NCBI GenBank assembly: GCA_008632985.1
Contig: QPGO01000130.1
Coordinates: 62,001-126,000 of the forward strand
Direction of reading: 5' to 3'
Source of the DNA: Psammoneis japonica
Lineage: Eukaryota
Length of the DNA: 64,000 nucleotides
A program made the translations under genes and the position numbers. Shown here piece by piece: positions 26,211 to 38,200 of this stretch (its first letter is position 1; each line of letters starts with the position of its first letter). The notes beneath the pieces were generated by a model, which worked only from the letters and a program-made list of their open reading frames with translations, was not told where the DNA came from and did no database searches.

Positions 26211-29200
26211 CTATCCACCTTTGTGAACTCGAACAAAGCTTTCCAAGCTCGGGTCAATAGCTGGAATGTCTTGCCTCCCCCGGTGCTCTTCGACGTACTG
26301 GATTAGCTTGTCCTTCAATGACAGCGCATCCCAATCTGATCGGTCTTGTCGTCCACCTTTCAAGCTCTTTATGAGGTCTGGCCACAGTATCTCCACCAAA
26401 TAATATGCCGGGTCCTCCGTCCGAGAATTGCAACAATTGATCTCCTTCACAGCTGGAGCGAACTTATTATCCACTTTTTGTATTTTCCAAAGATATGGGA
26501 GCACAACTAAGTTCCCCTTGCTCCGACGCATCATGAAGGTATTAAGCTCCATGACACAGTAATCACTCTCTCGAAACCGCGGTGACAGCAAAACCACAGC
26601 ATGCGAAGCACTGTGAGCAGGTTCCATTAGAGAACGCATCTTGTCGTCACCGGTTTTCATGCTATCATCGTCAAAGAAAGCGGTGAGGCCCAATATTTCT
26701 GACAGGAACCAATGCGTAGGACGAGCAATAGTCTCTTTGGTATCGATGCCTCTATGCGACAAAAACACATACGGATCGCCACCAAGGTTGACCTGCCAAA
26801 CACTGCTTGGAATTGTCACCCCAGCCATTGACAACTCTCCCACATCTGTCTCGACACCGTCTAACAGTGCTTGCGTGTACAAGTTAGAGACGTTTCGTTC
26901 ACCAGCAGTACTCGGCGAGACGTGGTTGCCGTCGTGGCCGACTTCTTGAGCTTGATAAAAATGGGAAAGACGACACATCATCTGATTCAGCAGCACCTTG
27001 TGCCTCGCTGCCTTTCCGACCTTGCTGTATATGGCTTCTCCCTTCGTACAAACCACCCGAAAATCAACGTTTTTTCTGCACATTGGGCAAAAATGCGAAC
27101 TCATTCTCCTCTCCGGATTGGTCACTTTCGACCATCCAAACAAGTGGGAATCTTGTCTTCTACCGGCCCTAATGCAGCAATGACAAGCGAGCACCACGTC
27201 ATACTGCAAACCTGCAAAGTGATCCGTCACTTCATCACTAACAAAGCTAACCGCACCGTTCAATAGGCCCCACGTTTCCTCCCAAAGCACGTCATCCTTC
27301 GGATATCGTACGGAAAACGCCAAGTAAGGCTCGCCGTCTTTTTTCTCAACAAGCTCTGACCGGATGCATCGATCCTTCTCGGCAAAAACAATCGCGCCAT
27401 TCAGCCATGCACGTACACAATTCCCATGTACATGGGTTGCAGCAGCAAAATGTGCAGTGAGACTCGTAGGGCAGCCCTCGTACATTCTCAAGCGCAACTC
27501 TTGTTCCTCTTGGCCGTCTGGTACTTGCTCCGGCCACAAATCCTCCCAATCTGTCGGTATTTCTTTCTGTAAACGGAAGAGGACAACGGGAAGAACATCA
27601 GCAGTGGCTCGGGAACTGGTGTTCTTCTTTGTAGAAGAGTCCGGATTAGGTGGAGAAGCAAATATGACGTCTGAATCAAGAAGCATCTGCAGAATCCTTT
27701 GGTAGTCTCCTTGAGCAATGTTGGAGTCACGCCATAAAAAGGGAAGAATCAGTGCGTCCAGCTCTCCGCTACGTGTAAGATCTGTCAGTCCATCAATTAT
27801 ATCTTGGCGTAGTCCAATTTTCTTTCTCTTGACAAAACTCTTAACTTCCTTGTCAAACTCGGGTGATTTTATTTTTTCGAGCGTCAAAGTGTGGTCTATG
27901 AGAGGTCTGATCAAGTCGGTTACAAACGACGGTTGCAAATACGCCAGCCCAGCGTCAACAAAAATACCCCCCCGGGCTTCAAGAAGTCCTAGTGCATCGC
28001 CGAACGTAGTGTTGTCAGCCAAGGGGGCGTGCAAGAAACGGAATTGATTCCACAATGAGTTGAGAGTCGCCACTGAACAGTAAGGTCCTTTTGCAGATAG
28101 ATCCGTTTCGCCGCCGTCTGCAGTGGTCTTCATATTCCCAATCTCACCCAACGGGATAGCATCATCCGAACTTGCTACGGAGAAAAGCGCTTTTTCATCA
28201 GCATCTGCACCGCACTGAAGAATAGCACCGAAGAATTTCCATAGATCCTGCCATGACTTTGGGATTAGCGTACCGACACTTGACAACCTCGGCTCAACAT
28301 GATCCTGTGTGTGCCTAAATATGGTACTGCTCACATCTTCCCTCGCGCGAGCAATGGCACTTTCACTCGTTACGGATACTCCCAGGACAATGGGTAGGAT
28401 CCGGAGCAGCGGTGGCTTCTTTTTCTTCGAGCCCTCTGGAATGACACGACCATAAAGAGCTTCCTCTCGATCAGCGGCGGCATCCCGCCATGCTTGAAGC
28501 TGCCCGTGGACTTTATCTTCTAGCCATTGTTTTCGTTCCGACTCGTCCGACACAAGATCAACCTTAGACAGGACAAGTTGTACCACGGCACCCGGTGCCC
28601 TCGCCTGTAGTAGCACAAGAAAGCGCTGCACTACTTCTTCATAGTAGTCGCCATGTGCCTTGTCCGCCGCCACGATAAGTAAAAAGAGTGACGACGCTGT
28701 CATGAATGGTGCCTGCCCGACAGCATAGTCTTGCTGACCGCCGCAGTCATAGAGCATCAGTGTATTTGGATCATCGCTGAGTCCTTCGGGTCCTTCTATC
28801 TGCACAGGTTCCACATTGAGATAGATGGTCCGTTCCTCCTCACCCTTTGTGCGCGCCGGGAAACGGCCGGCAACGGCATTTCGTAGGCTCGTCTTTCCTG
28901 CTTCCCCATCCCCTACGAGCACCGTCTTGAGCTGTCTGGATATGGTTGCTTCCCCTTTATCCACGGCTTCGAAGTAACGAGAAATCGCCTGGAGGCCCTG
29001 CCTGGCAATCTCGAGCGGGGGTTCCAGCAGTGGATTACCGTCCACATCAAACTCGCACATTCCCTCCAGTTTAACAAAGGAGCGTGGAAGTCTTGTAATG
29101 GAATTGTTTTCGAGATTAAGTATCGTCAACGTTGTTTTCATTTCTAGTGTTTTTCCAATGGCCACGGCACCCTCGTATCCAATGGAATTGTAGCCGAGAT

Positions 29201-29747
29201 AAAGCACCGTCAATGTTTTATTCATTTCTAGCGCTTTTCCAATGGCCATGGCACCCTCGTCTCCAATGGAATTGTTGCCGAGATGAAACACCATCATTGT
29301 TCTATTCGTTTCTAGTGCTTTTCCAATGGCTGCGGCACCCTGGTCTCCAATTGAATTGCAGCCGATATAAAGCCTCACCAATGTTGTATTCATTTCTAGT
29401 GCTTTTCCAATGGCCGTGGCACCCTCATTTCCAATGGAATTGCCGCCGAGATAAAGCACCATCAATGTTTTATTCATTTCTAGCGCTTTTCCAATGGCCA
29501 TGGCACCCTCGTCTCCAATGGAATTGTTGTCGAGATCCAGCACCATCAATGTTGTGTTCGTTTCTAGTGCTTTTCCAATGGCCACGGCACCCTTGGCTCG
29601 AATGGACTTGTTTTCGAGATAAAGCTCCGTCAATGTTGGATCATTTTCTTGGAAGCGACGAATGCTCTCTTGGTAATCTAGGGACAAAACGCGGAACCAA
29701 GGCGCTGACATGTCAATGCTGCTGCTGGAACTTGCCGACTGTCCCAT
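26211..29747 (-). CDS. LRR-ROC-COR-TIR (ROCO family) protein with N-myristoylation motif
   Basis: MGQSASS start; six 28-aa RI-type LRRs (L.L.NNSIGDEGA.AIGKALE.N); P-loop GDGEAGKTS; YDCGGQ; SKVD; COR; CHCC..CPMC; TIR VFLSHRGIDTK...LSPRFRESDYCVMEL. Confidence 0.92.
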   Translation of the reverse strand: MGQSASSSSSIDMSAPWFRVLSLDYQESIRRFQENDPTLTELYLENKSIRAKGAVAIGKALETNTTLMVLDLDNNSIGDEGAMAIGKALEMNKTLMVLYLGGNSIGNEGATAIGKALEMNTTLVRLYIGCNSIGDQGAAAIGKALETNRTMMVFHLGNNSIGDEGAMAIGKALEMNKTLTVLYLGYNSIGYEGAVAIGKTLEMKTTLTILNLENNSITRLPRSFVKLEGMCEFDVDGNPLLEPPLEIARQGLQAISRYFEAVDKGEATISRQLKTVLVGDGEAGKTSLRNAVAGRFPARTKGEEERTIYLNVEPVQIEGPEGLSDDPNTLMLYDCGGQQDYAVGQAPFMTASSLFLLIVAADKAHGDYYEEVVQRFLVLLQARAPGAVVQLVLSKVDLVSDESERKQWLEDKVHGQLQAWRDAAADREEALYGRVIPEGSKKKKPPLLRILPIVLGVSVTSESAIARAREDVSSTIFRHTQDHVEPRLSSVGTLIPKSWQDLWKFFGAILQCGADADEKALFSVASSDDAIPLGEIGNMKTTADGGETDLSAKGPYCSVATLNSLWNQFRFLHAPLADNTTFGDALGLLEARGGIFVDAGLAYLQPSFVTDLIRPLIDHTLTLEKIKSPEFDKEVKSFVKRKKIGLRQDIIDGLTDLTRSGELDALILPFLWRDSNIAQGDYQRILQMLLDSDVIFASPPNPDSSTKKNTSSRATADVLPVVLFRLQKEIPTDWEDLWPEQVPDGQEEQELRLRMYEGCPTSLTAHFAAATHVHGNCVRAWLNGAIVFAEKDRCIRSELVEKKDGEPYLAFSVRYPKDDVLWEETWGLLNGAVSFVSDEVTDHFAGLQYDVVLACHCCIRAGRRQDSHLFGWSKVTNPERRMSSHFCPMCRKNVDFRVVCTKGEAIYSKVGKAARHKVLLNQMMCRLSHFYQAQEVGHDGNHVSPSTAGERNVSNLYTQALLDGVETDVGELSMAGVTIPSSVWQVNLGGDPYVFLSHRGIDTKETIARPTHWFLSEILGLTAFFDDDSMKTGDDKMRSLMEPAHSASHAVVLLSPRFRESDYCVMELNTFMMRRSKGNLVVLPYLWKIQKVDNKFAPAVKEINCCNSRTEDPAYYLVEILWPDLIKSLKGGRQDRSDWDALSLKDKLIQYVEEHRGRQDIPAIDPSLESFVRVHKGG
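29110..29640 (-). repeat. 84-bp LRR-coding tandem array (about 6 units)
   Basis: Near-identical units containing ttctagtgcttttccaatggcc..ggcaccc. Confidence 0.9.
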
Positions 29748-29989
29748 GTTTTTGACAACGAGACTTGTTTCCAAGCAATCCAATCCCAGGCAAGCAGCGC
29801 CAGTGTCTTTTTCGTTTCACTCGATTTTATTTGCCAATTGCGCGAAGATGCGAGTCGTCCGTCCGTCACATTTGCTGGTTGCGCAGCCGCTTCTTTGCGA
29901 TGAAACTGCTCGAATGGAGCAAAAAATGACGATGCATTCAACGAGAAGAGACAGTGTCAATGATGGGGATGTGAGGGACAGTGGCACTC

Positions 29990-30341
29990 GTAAAATGGCA
30001 CAGCAATGGCGGCACAGTGCGGTGTGACAGTCAAGAGATCAAGAGTGCCGCCGGGGCATGGTGTGTTGAAAGTGTGAAAACATGCAAGATGAAGATGCAC
30101 AAAATCGAAAATGCCGGAGGAGAGACCGGCAGAAAAAAAGAAAAATGAAAGAAAGGAAGAATCTGCTCCAGCTGGCTGGCTGGAGGGCAAGTGTTTCTTT
30201 TAATTGTCGCTCCCGCCCAACCAAACTGCCCCTGCTGGTCTGGATGCAGCAAGTGCAGAAAGCAACAGGAGGGGTGTCTTGGCCACCACACACAACAAAA
30301 ATGGCACATTTTCTCCACAGAGAATGGTGGAAATGTGTGGT
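29990..30341. mobile_element. Left part of an older TA-depleted element split by the Gypsy insertion
   Basis: TA-poor sequence outside the TSD; same character resumes at 42552. Confidence 0.45.
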
Positions 30342-30345
30342 GGAG

Positions 30346-30775
30346 TGCCCTGTGCATGCACTGGGCGCTGAAAAGAAGATGTGTTGTGACTTTGTCGTTG
30401 TGAAAATTGTGAGCTAGTTTAGAGTAGAGAAAGTGGGATCGTGCGAATGGGGAATCTTGCCAAAATCCCATTCGCTCGCATTTGGATGTGTCAAATCGAT
30501 CGTGCACTCGCATTGTGGATCATGCGAATCAAGCCATCACGTGCTGTGCACGAGTGATGTCATCATGTGGAATCAGGCTGCCATCGTGGGCCAGACGACG
30601 GGCCAGTGTGCTTCACACGGATGCTCTCTCAGCATCCTTCTGGAATTGCCCAAGACCTGGAGCCACGCCCTCCTGTGGTCGTGCTTCCCAGGTGCGTGTC
30701 AACAACACTGCGTTGCCACGTGCAAGAGGCTCATGCACGGTCTTGCCGTGTTGTCCAGCAGCGAGGCATGCTGCG
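30346..30775 (-). repeat. Gypsy 3' LTR
   Basis: Aligns with 42117-42547; adjacent to the PPT. Confidence 0.9.
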
Positions 30776-30858
30776 CACTCCCCCATGATCAGGGCCGCCA
30801 AGTGACAGGATGTCTTGCTGGTGACAGGGTGCAATCTGCCGCAGATTGCAGGCATCTG

Positions 30859-33800
30859 TCAGCGCTCCGTTCTGGGTGCGCAACGTGCCGTTGTCACATG
30901 GGGCCCCACACGGACAACTCTGGCGGGTCCTGCACAGCTGTCAGAACCGCACTTAGAGGATTGTTCCTGTTTGATGAGCGCCAATTGCCCTGCGGCACAT
31001 TGATGCTCCTTGCGTTTCTGATTTTCGCGCTTGTTGTTCAAGTGGATGAGCTTCTGCTTTCTGGTTTCCACGCACTTCCACTTGGCACGAATGGATGGAA
31101 CCGCATCGCGTCCGAAGACCAATTGCATGGGACTTGCACGCGTGGTCGCATGTGCCGCAGCTCTGACAGCGAAGGCTGCTGCGGAGAGGATGCCACTCCA
31201 CAGGTCATCTTCATCCAGTTCCACATCCTGCACTGAAAAGGAACGCACCATGTCACCAAGTGTCTGGTGTGCACGTTCCACTGTGGCACTCGCCTGTGGA
31301 CTCCATTTGCTTGTGGGTTTCTTCAAAATCCCACAGTCATTTTTAATCATCTGGCCAAATTCTGCCATGAATTCTGTCCCACGGTCATGGGCCACCTGGG
31401 TTGGCCACGGACATCTGCATGGCCACGTTTGTTCCACGACGTTTGCTGCGACGTCTGCGCGTTTCGCAGACACTTCTTCAATCTTGAACCACCTGGTTGC
31501 TGGGTCAATCATTGTGACTGCCCACAATTGCAAAGTGTCCTTTCTGCGTCTTTGAATTTCACATGGCCCTGTCACATCTGTGCATGGAGTCTCCCATGGA
31601 ATTGTCTCTGCGACCTTTTCTGGCAGCTTCCCACAACGCTGCATTCGGCATTTTGTCTTCTGGCATCGATCGCACTTGACGCACGTAGAATGCACTGTAG
31701 ACCTCACACCAGGCCAGCAGAAGTGCTGGGCAACAGACATTTCCACACGTGTCTCACCTGGATGACACAGTGTCTCGTGGCACCATTCAGTTAGCGGAAC
31801 CTGCAATGACTGCGGCACTGCGATTTTGTCCTTGTGACAGATTGACTGTTGTGATGACCCTCCCCCACGACACGTGCGAATGGAGCAGTCGGACGAGTCC
31901 TCAGCTCGTGAGAGCAGGCGCTTGTCCTTTTGTTGTGCTTTTTGAATGCGCTTGAAGCCAACAGGCAGAGACACCTCATCTTGCGCGTCTGCATTAAAAG
32001 CTTCATGCAAAGGATGACTCGATGGAGTGTCTTTTACATCCGGATTGGCCTCGGAAGGCAAGCTGGGTGCTGGCCGAAGGCGACTGAGAGCGTCAGCGAC
32101 TGGGCTGTGGGTGCCCTCAACATGGCGTAATTCGGGACCGCATTTTTCGCATGTCAACCGCCAGCGCATGACGCGCTCGGCATTGAATGCTTTGCACGTG
32201 AGATTTTTATGGTCAGAACACATGATGATGCGATGACCAAGGAGAATCGTTCGAAATTCTTTCAACGTCTCCACAATGGCGAGCAATTCTCTCTCCGTTG
32301 TTGCACAATTTAGTTGCGCACTGTTGAGCTTTCTGCTGCAAAAGGCGACAGGTTTGTTGTCTTGGGACACAACTGCTCCCAATTGACATTTAGAGGCATT
32401 GGCACGCACCTCAAAGGGTTTGTTAAAATCAGGATGTGACAACAAAACATCATCCGATGTCACCCGCTCAACAGCTTCGAACGCCTCGTCTTCAATGGAC
32501 GTCCACTTCCACTTGACAGTCTCACTTGCGAGTCGTGTCAGCGGAGCCAAGACTTCAGAATGTCCAATCCACGTGTCACGGCAGTGGCTCACCACACCAA
32601 CAAATGAGCGCAAGTCGCGTTCATTGGTTGGGGTCGCGATTCGCTCAATGGCGTCAACTTTGTCAGGCATTGGTCGCGTTCCGTCTCTGTTGACCAGACA
32701 CCCAAGCACTCTAATTGGGTTTGACAGAAGTGAGATTTAGTTGCGTCAACTTTTAGCCCTGCTTTCTGGACCCTCAACAAAACTTCTTCAAGTTTGTTGA
32801 GGTGATCTTCATGGGTGCCTTTTGTCACGACGAGAAGGTCATCTGAGTGCGTTCGAATGAACGACAGATCTTCAAATGAGCCTGACATGCATTCTTGGAA
32901 AATGTCTGGTGAATTGCGTGGTCCCATGGGCAACACCTGCATCTCATGCTTGCCCCACGGGAAGATGAGCGTGCAGAGCTTCTTGCTGTCAGCATCCAAT
33001 CGGATGTGACAACAGCCCACATTTGAACCCAGCGATGCAGCCCACACAAAGCCTTCAAGCTCAAGCAGCACATCTTGGACATGAGGAATCGGATAAGGCA
33101 ATCGCTTGATCCGTTTATTCAGCTCTCTGAAATCATTGGTAAAGCGCACCGTTAAATCTTTCTTCGGTATGATGAATGATGGAGCTGCCCATTGGGATCA
33201 GTTAACGCGTTTGAGAACACCGATACGTGCTAGGCGTTCTACTTCTTTACGTAGCGTAGCTTCGTACGCACGAGGTACTTTATACGGACGAGCGTGGCAT
33301 GGTTCTACACCCTCCTTGAGTTGGATATGGTAGGGTTCTCCCTTCCATTCTCCTAATGTCCCATCAAATAAGGACTCATGGCGTTTCAATAGTGCCAAAA
33401 GGTCGTTTTGTTGAACTGTAGAAAGTCCTATTGTCTCTCGCGTTATGTCCTCGAGGCAGGCCGGCGCGTACTTAGCGTCTAAAATACGCGAAATCCGGTC
33501 GGTTTCCGAAGATAAGGCTTCTGGATCTTGAAGATAGAAGGAGGTTTCCACCGTAGCATCTACGTGCCTCATTGGTACTTCTCCATTGACTAATGGCCAC
33601 TCTATCATCTGTTTAGAGAAGACAATATCAAGGCCTTGTGTCTCCAGAATGTCACGTCCAATAATCATATCGTACTTGCCCAACTTTCCGTTGTGTACGT
33701 GGACGGTATGTTTAAGTTCTGCAGTTTCGGATAATTCTGGTAACCAAAATTTAACGGTACAGTCGTTAGACGTACTGAACGAGCCTGCTACCGTAGTCCA

Positions 33801-34073
33801 GTTTGTCTCAGCCGTTGAATGGCTTCGCAGACGTTTACAGTATCGACTGTCGAGTAGAGTACTGCTGGCGCCACTATCTAGTAGTGCCTTAATGGTTTGA
33901 GTCTTGCCCTTGCCATGTTTAGTATTCATAGCTATAAACAAGATTGGAGTAAGATGAGTCTTTTTAACTCGTTTGCGGGATTGGCCTACAACACGTGTAC
34001 GATGGTAATTCAGTTGTTCATTTATACATTCATCTAATGCATTAAAACTACCTGTGTCGTGTCGGCCACCTTC
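30859..34073 (-). pseudogene. Gypsy pol (PR-RT-RH-IN), disrupted by a TGA at 33198 and a frameshift at ~32710
   Basis: ORFs 33198..33941, 32589..33149 and 30859..32709 carry successive pol motifs. Confidence 0.9.
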
Positions 34074-34958
34074 TCAGGTGTCCGAATCTTCGGAATCACT
34101 TAAGTTGAGGTCGCGGAAGTGATTGAGCTCCTCCTCGCGTGCCTTGCGCTTTTTCTGAGCGTTGGCAAAGAACTCCTCGACCTTCGATCCGATGAGAGCA
34201 TCAATGTCTTCCTCATTCCGAGGTTTTGCATTGGGTTTGCTGCCTCCGTTGTTGGAATGTCCAGTCTCAACACGTTTCACGTGGTGCTTGAGCTGACGGC
34301 AATCCTCCGCATGATGTCCACAGTCAGTCCCGTGCAGCACACACGACTTCTGGGTGTTCCGTTGGGTCGTGATCAACGACTCAGGATTGTCCGTTCTACG
34401 TCCCCGCTTGCGTGGAACCTCAGCATGTTGGTCCAGGTTACCTTCGGCAAGCTCGACCTGCTCGATGCGCTCGCAGAACTGCACAAATTCGGCGATGGCA
34501 TGCGCCAACGGGTCAAAATTCTGCAGCGTCATGAACTTCTGCCATGCCTTCGGCACACCGCACTCGAACATGTCGCACAGTTCATCATTGGGCAATGGTG
34601 CCGGTGCTTCTCCATCCTCCGTCACGGGTGGAAACTGAGAGATGCAGCCGTTAATTTCAACAGCCCTCGCGACGCAGTCACGAGCAGAAACCTCTGCGGG
34701 CTTGCGCATGAAGCACTTCAGATGACGCTTCTGCAACAGTGCCGCCCCATGTGGGAAGATGCTTTCCTTTGGCTTCGCAACGCATGCTGTGCACGCAGCG
34801 TTGGTTTGGGATGCCTGCTTGTCAGCGGCATTGTCAAATGACGTCAGAGCATCGCCCTGCAGCAGGTCACGCATGAGGGCAAATTTTGCTGGCCCGGTCG
34901 TCATGCACGCGATCCACATTGCGCAGAAAGATTGGGAGTGTCTCGCATGTAGCCGCAG

Positions 34959-35234
34959 TGACAGAAAATGAAGGCAAATGGCAAGAATTCAAACAACAAC
35001 TCCTTGCTGCTGTCTAAATGGCAGATGAGTCTCCGCTCAGAGACCGTTGCAGGAGCCGAAAGACGTGCAAGTCGGCACAATCGGGCTGCTGTCATTGTTC
35101 TTGTGAGCCTTGTGGCTCGAAAGCAAACTGCATCGTGCGTGAACGCGCGGAACCAAAGCACACAAAACTGTGCATGGTGAGCTAAACAGCGCGCGACACT
35201 TCGCGCGCACCCAAATCCTGTTCAAATCCTGTCA
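34959..35234 (-). repeat. Copia 3' LTR
   Basis: tgacagaaaatg...aaatcctgtca; matches 41597-41872. Confidence 0.95.
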
Positions 35235-38200
35235 CTCCCCAGTTTGCTTGAGGAGCCACAGAAACAGATTCGACTTCGGATGGAATGAAGTTCCAGAACA
35301 TGAGGGGGCGGAGAAGGTCCCAGATTTGGGAGTGACCCCAATGCTTGCTGAGAATGTCAGCAGGGTTGCGGGAGCCTTCGATGAAGTGGAACTCAAGGTG
35401 ACCAGAGGCAATTGCCCCACGCACACGGTGGAACGATGGTGCGGTGTGTCGCTTGTGTAACTTGGAGTGCGGGATGGTGGCACTGTCTACAACCGACTTG
35501 TTGTCACCGAACATGCAACTGACGTCACGGATCGGGACGCCAAGGTGGGTGGCAGTGACGAACTTGCCAAGGGGTGGTGGAGCGTCCTTCGGGATCATCT
35601 CTTCTGCTTCACCATGCACGGAATGCATCCATTCACAGGCCGGAGCAGGGAGATCCGAACAGTCGGGCTCTTCCGTGCGAACGCGGAGAGCACCGTGTCG
35701 CATCTTGGAGAGGTGCCCACAGACGCGTTTGGCACGATCCAAGTGGCCTTGACGGGGCGCAGCTCGGAAGCCAGAGAGTGACATGACGGCCGTGGCAATG
35801 TCAATTCGACCAAGGGACACTGCCCATTGGAGTGAACCAACAAGAGACTGGAACTTGTGAATGCCATCGGGTCCCAGCAGTTCGGAAGTGTCCAGTTCGG
35901 GGTGGTCACCCTTCTCTAGAGGTGACAGGGCGTTGGTGGCAGGTTTCTCCCCAAACAGTCGGGCACAGCTGTCGACCATGCACTCGATGCACTTGCGCGG
36001 AGACAGGCACAAGGTTCCGTCGGGTTCCCGGGAAAAGTCGCAACCCAGATGGAACTCAATGGGTCCCGGACCCTTGAGCTTGAACTTGTGCTTTTCCGTG
36101 AGAGTGTCAACGAAAGATTGAGGGTCCTTCATGGCAATGGCGAGGTCATCCACATAAACGGCAATGCATTCACAGTGGTCGCCGTTCCTGCGCATCCAAA
36201 TGTCGGGTTCGGCACGGCAGGGGAAGAAGCCTTCAGCTCGCAGGCAGTCGGCGAAGCGCTCGTGCCAGCAGAGACCGGAGCTGCGCAGTCCACACAGTGC
36301 CTTGTGGATGACAAGGATGTGTCCTTCGAGTTTGCCGAACTCGGGTCCAGCTGCAATGTAAAGCTTCTCCTTGGTGGTGGCTTCAAGGCAGGCATTGCCA
36401 ATGTCGGTGGCCCATGTCTCCAACTCGTTGAGTTTGGCCAGGAAAATCATCAGCCGAAGGCCACGGAGGGAGACTGCTCCGGAGCAGACACTGTCGACAG
36501 GTGCGTCCGTGAGGTGCCCGTCGGCTACGAGTCGTGCCTTGTGGCGACCGTCGTGTTTCACGTCGCACACTGGGTGCACTCGGATCTTCTTGTGTCCCGC
36601 AGGAGGAGTGGAAGACTCGGAGGGCCCGCAGTCATGGAAGACTTTGCATTCCTCGAGTTGGTCCATCTTGAAACCAGTTGCGTCTCCCCATTTGCGGTTG
36701 CCGTTGTGTTCGTCTAGTGACATGGCGTGTTCGCAGTTCCGGGGAACTTCGTGTCCACACTTGTGGCGAGGTGCAGTGCGGAAGGAGCGAAGCTTGGCTT
36801 GGTTGGCCATGCGAAACAGCTTCTTTTGGCGCCTCGCGATGGTGCGGAACCGCTTCCAGCCATCCGTGTCGAGGAGTCCGTTCTCTCGTGCATAGATGGC
36901 ACAGGTGACGGGGTCGTCCTTGGCGATGATGGCAAGAGGCTCGGACGTGATCTCCCCACTTTCCCATTCAAGCATGATGTTGTAGCTGGAGCCTTTCCAG
37001 GTTGGGTCGTGAGGCTTCAGAGGTCCTTCGTGTGACACGATGCGTCGAAATTTCCAAACAGTGGTGTCTTCGTCTTCTTGCTCAATGTGATTCATGATGT
37101 CATTGCAGGCAAGGACTTCCTCGCATTCGTCATTGTTGACAGAGCAGACGAACTTGGTGAGCTCGGGATTGCCGTTCACTTTCCATTCGTGGTCTTCAAC
37201 GGCCTTGACGATGCGAGCTCTGTGGCGTTGTCCGTCCTCTTGTGGCTGCATGAGGAAGGTACGTCCAATGATGTCTTGCGGATCGAAAACTGGCATCTTG
37301 GGTGTCCTGATCTCCCCATCAGGAGAGTCGACGGGGTTGTCGTCATGGCGAGATTTGATGATGGGTTCAGGTGGCTCCCCATCAGGAGGATCAAGACGCA
37401 GGTTTCGAACGGCAGGATCGGGGGTAGCGGAGCGGACGTTGGACCGGCAGAGGATCTTCTGAGTCTTGTCAGATAGAATCTTGAAGGTCATCTGGTGGCC
37501 GACGTGCTCAGCAATGCCAACGAAGCGTCCACGCAACTCATGGGATTCGGACGGCCAATCGGAGTCATCGAGGTGGAAGTGCACGGGTTCCCACCAGTGA
37601 AAGCGAAGCAATGGGCTGATGTCCGGGGTGGAGCCAGTGAGAGTCTCGAGGGGCGTGCGCCAGTGGAGACGTGGGGACGCTGCATGGTTGAGCATGAAGC
37701 ACACGCACATGAGCGCCAGCAGCCATGCATGGGCGGGCGAACCAAAACGATCCATGACAGTGTTCGCCATGCGCTTCACGGTCTGGCATCGACGCTCGGC
37801 AAAGTTTTGGTGTTGCTGGTGAGGCTCACTTTGCCAGCTAGAGATGAAGAGGGCGCGTAGGATCCCGAGCACTTTGTTGCTGATCTCAACTTGAGCACGG
37901 TCGCTAATGAGTTTGGATGGGGCACCACGTTCACGGATCTGATCCTCGAGTGTGTTGACAAACTCTTTGTCCGTCTCAGTGCCGCAGACGTCAGTGACGG
38001 TAGACTCGGTGCCAACAAACAGTTGGGCGCTGGTGCAACCAGAGTCGACGGCCGGGGTGTCGGCATGAACGGTGTCAGTGGCGACAGGCTCGTTGCGGCG
38101 GTGCACATTAAGGGCGGGGTTGGGTGATTTGCAGGCCTTGCGAAGGTGTGTGCCGGTGGGCATGCGGGCGCACTGCGTGGTGCAGTCAAAAGTACGACGG

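Noticed and set aside
29132..29755. 207-aa repetitive ORF on the + strand
   Set aside because: Antisense shadow of the LRR array.
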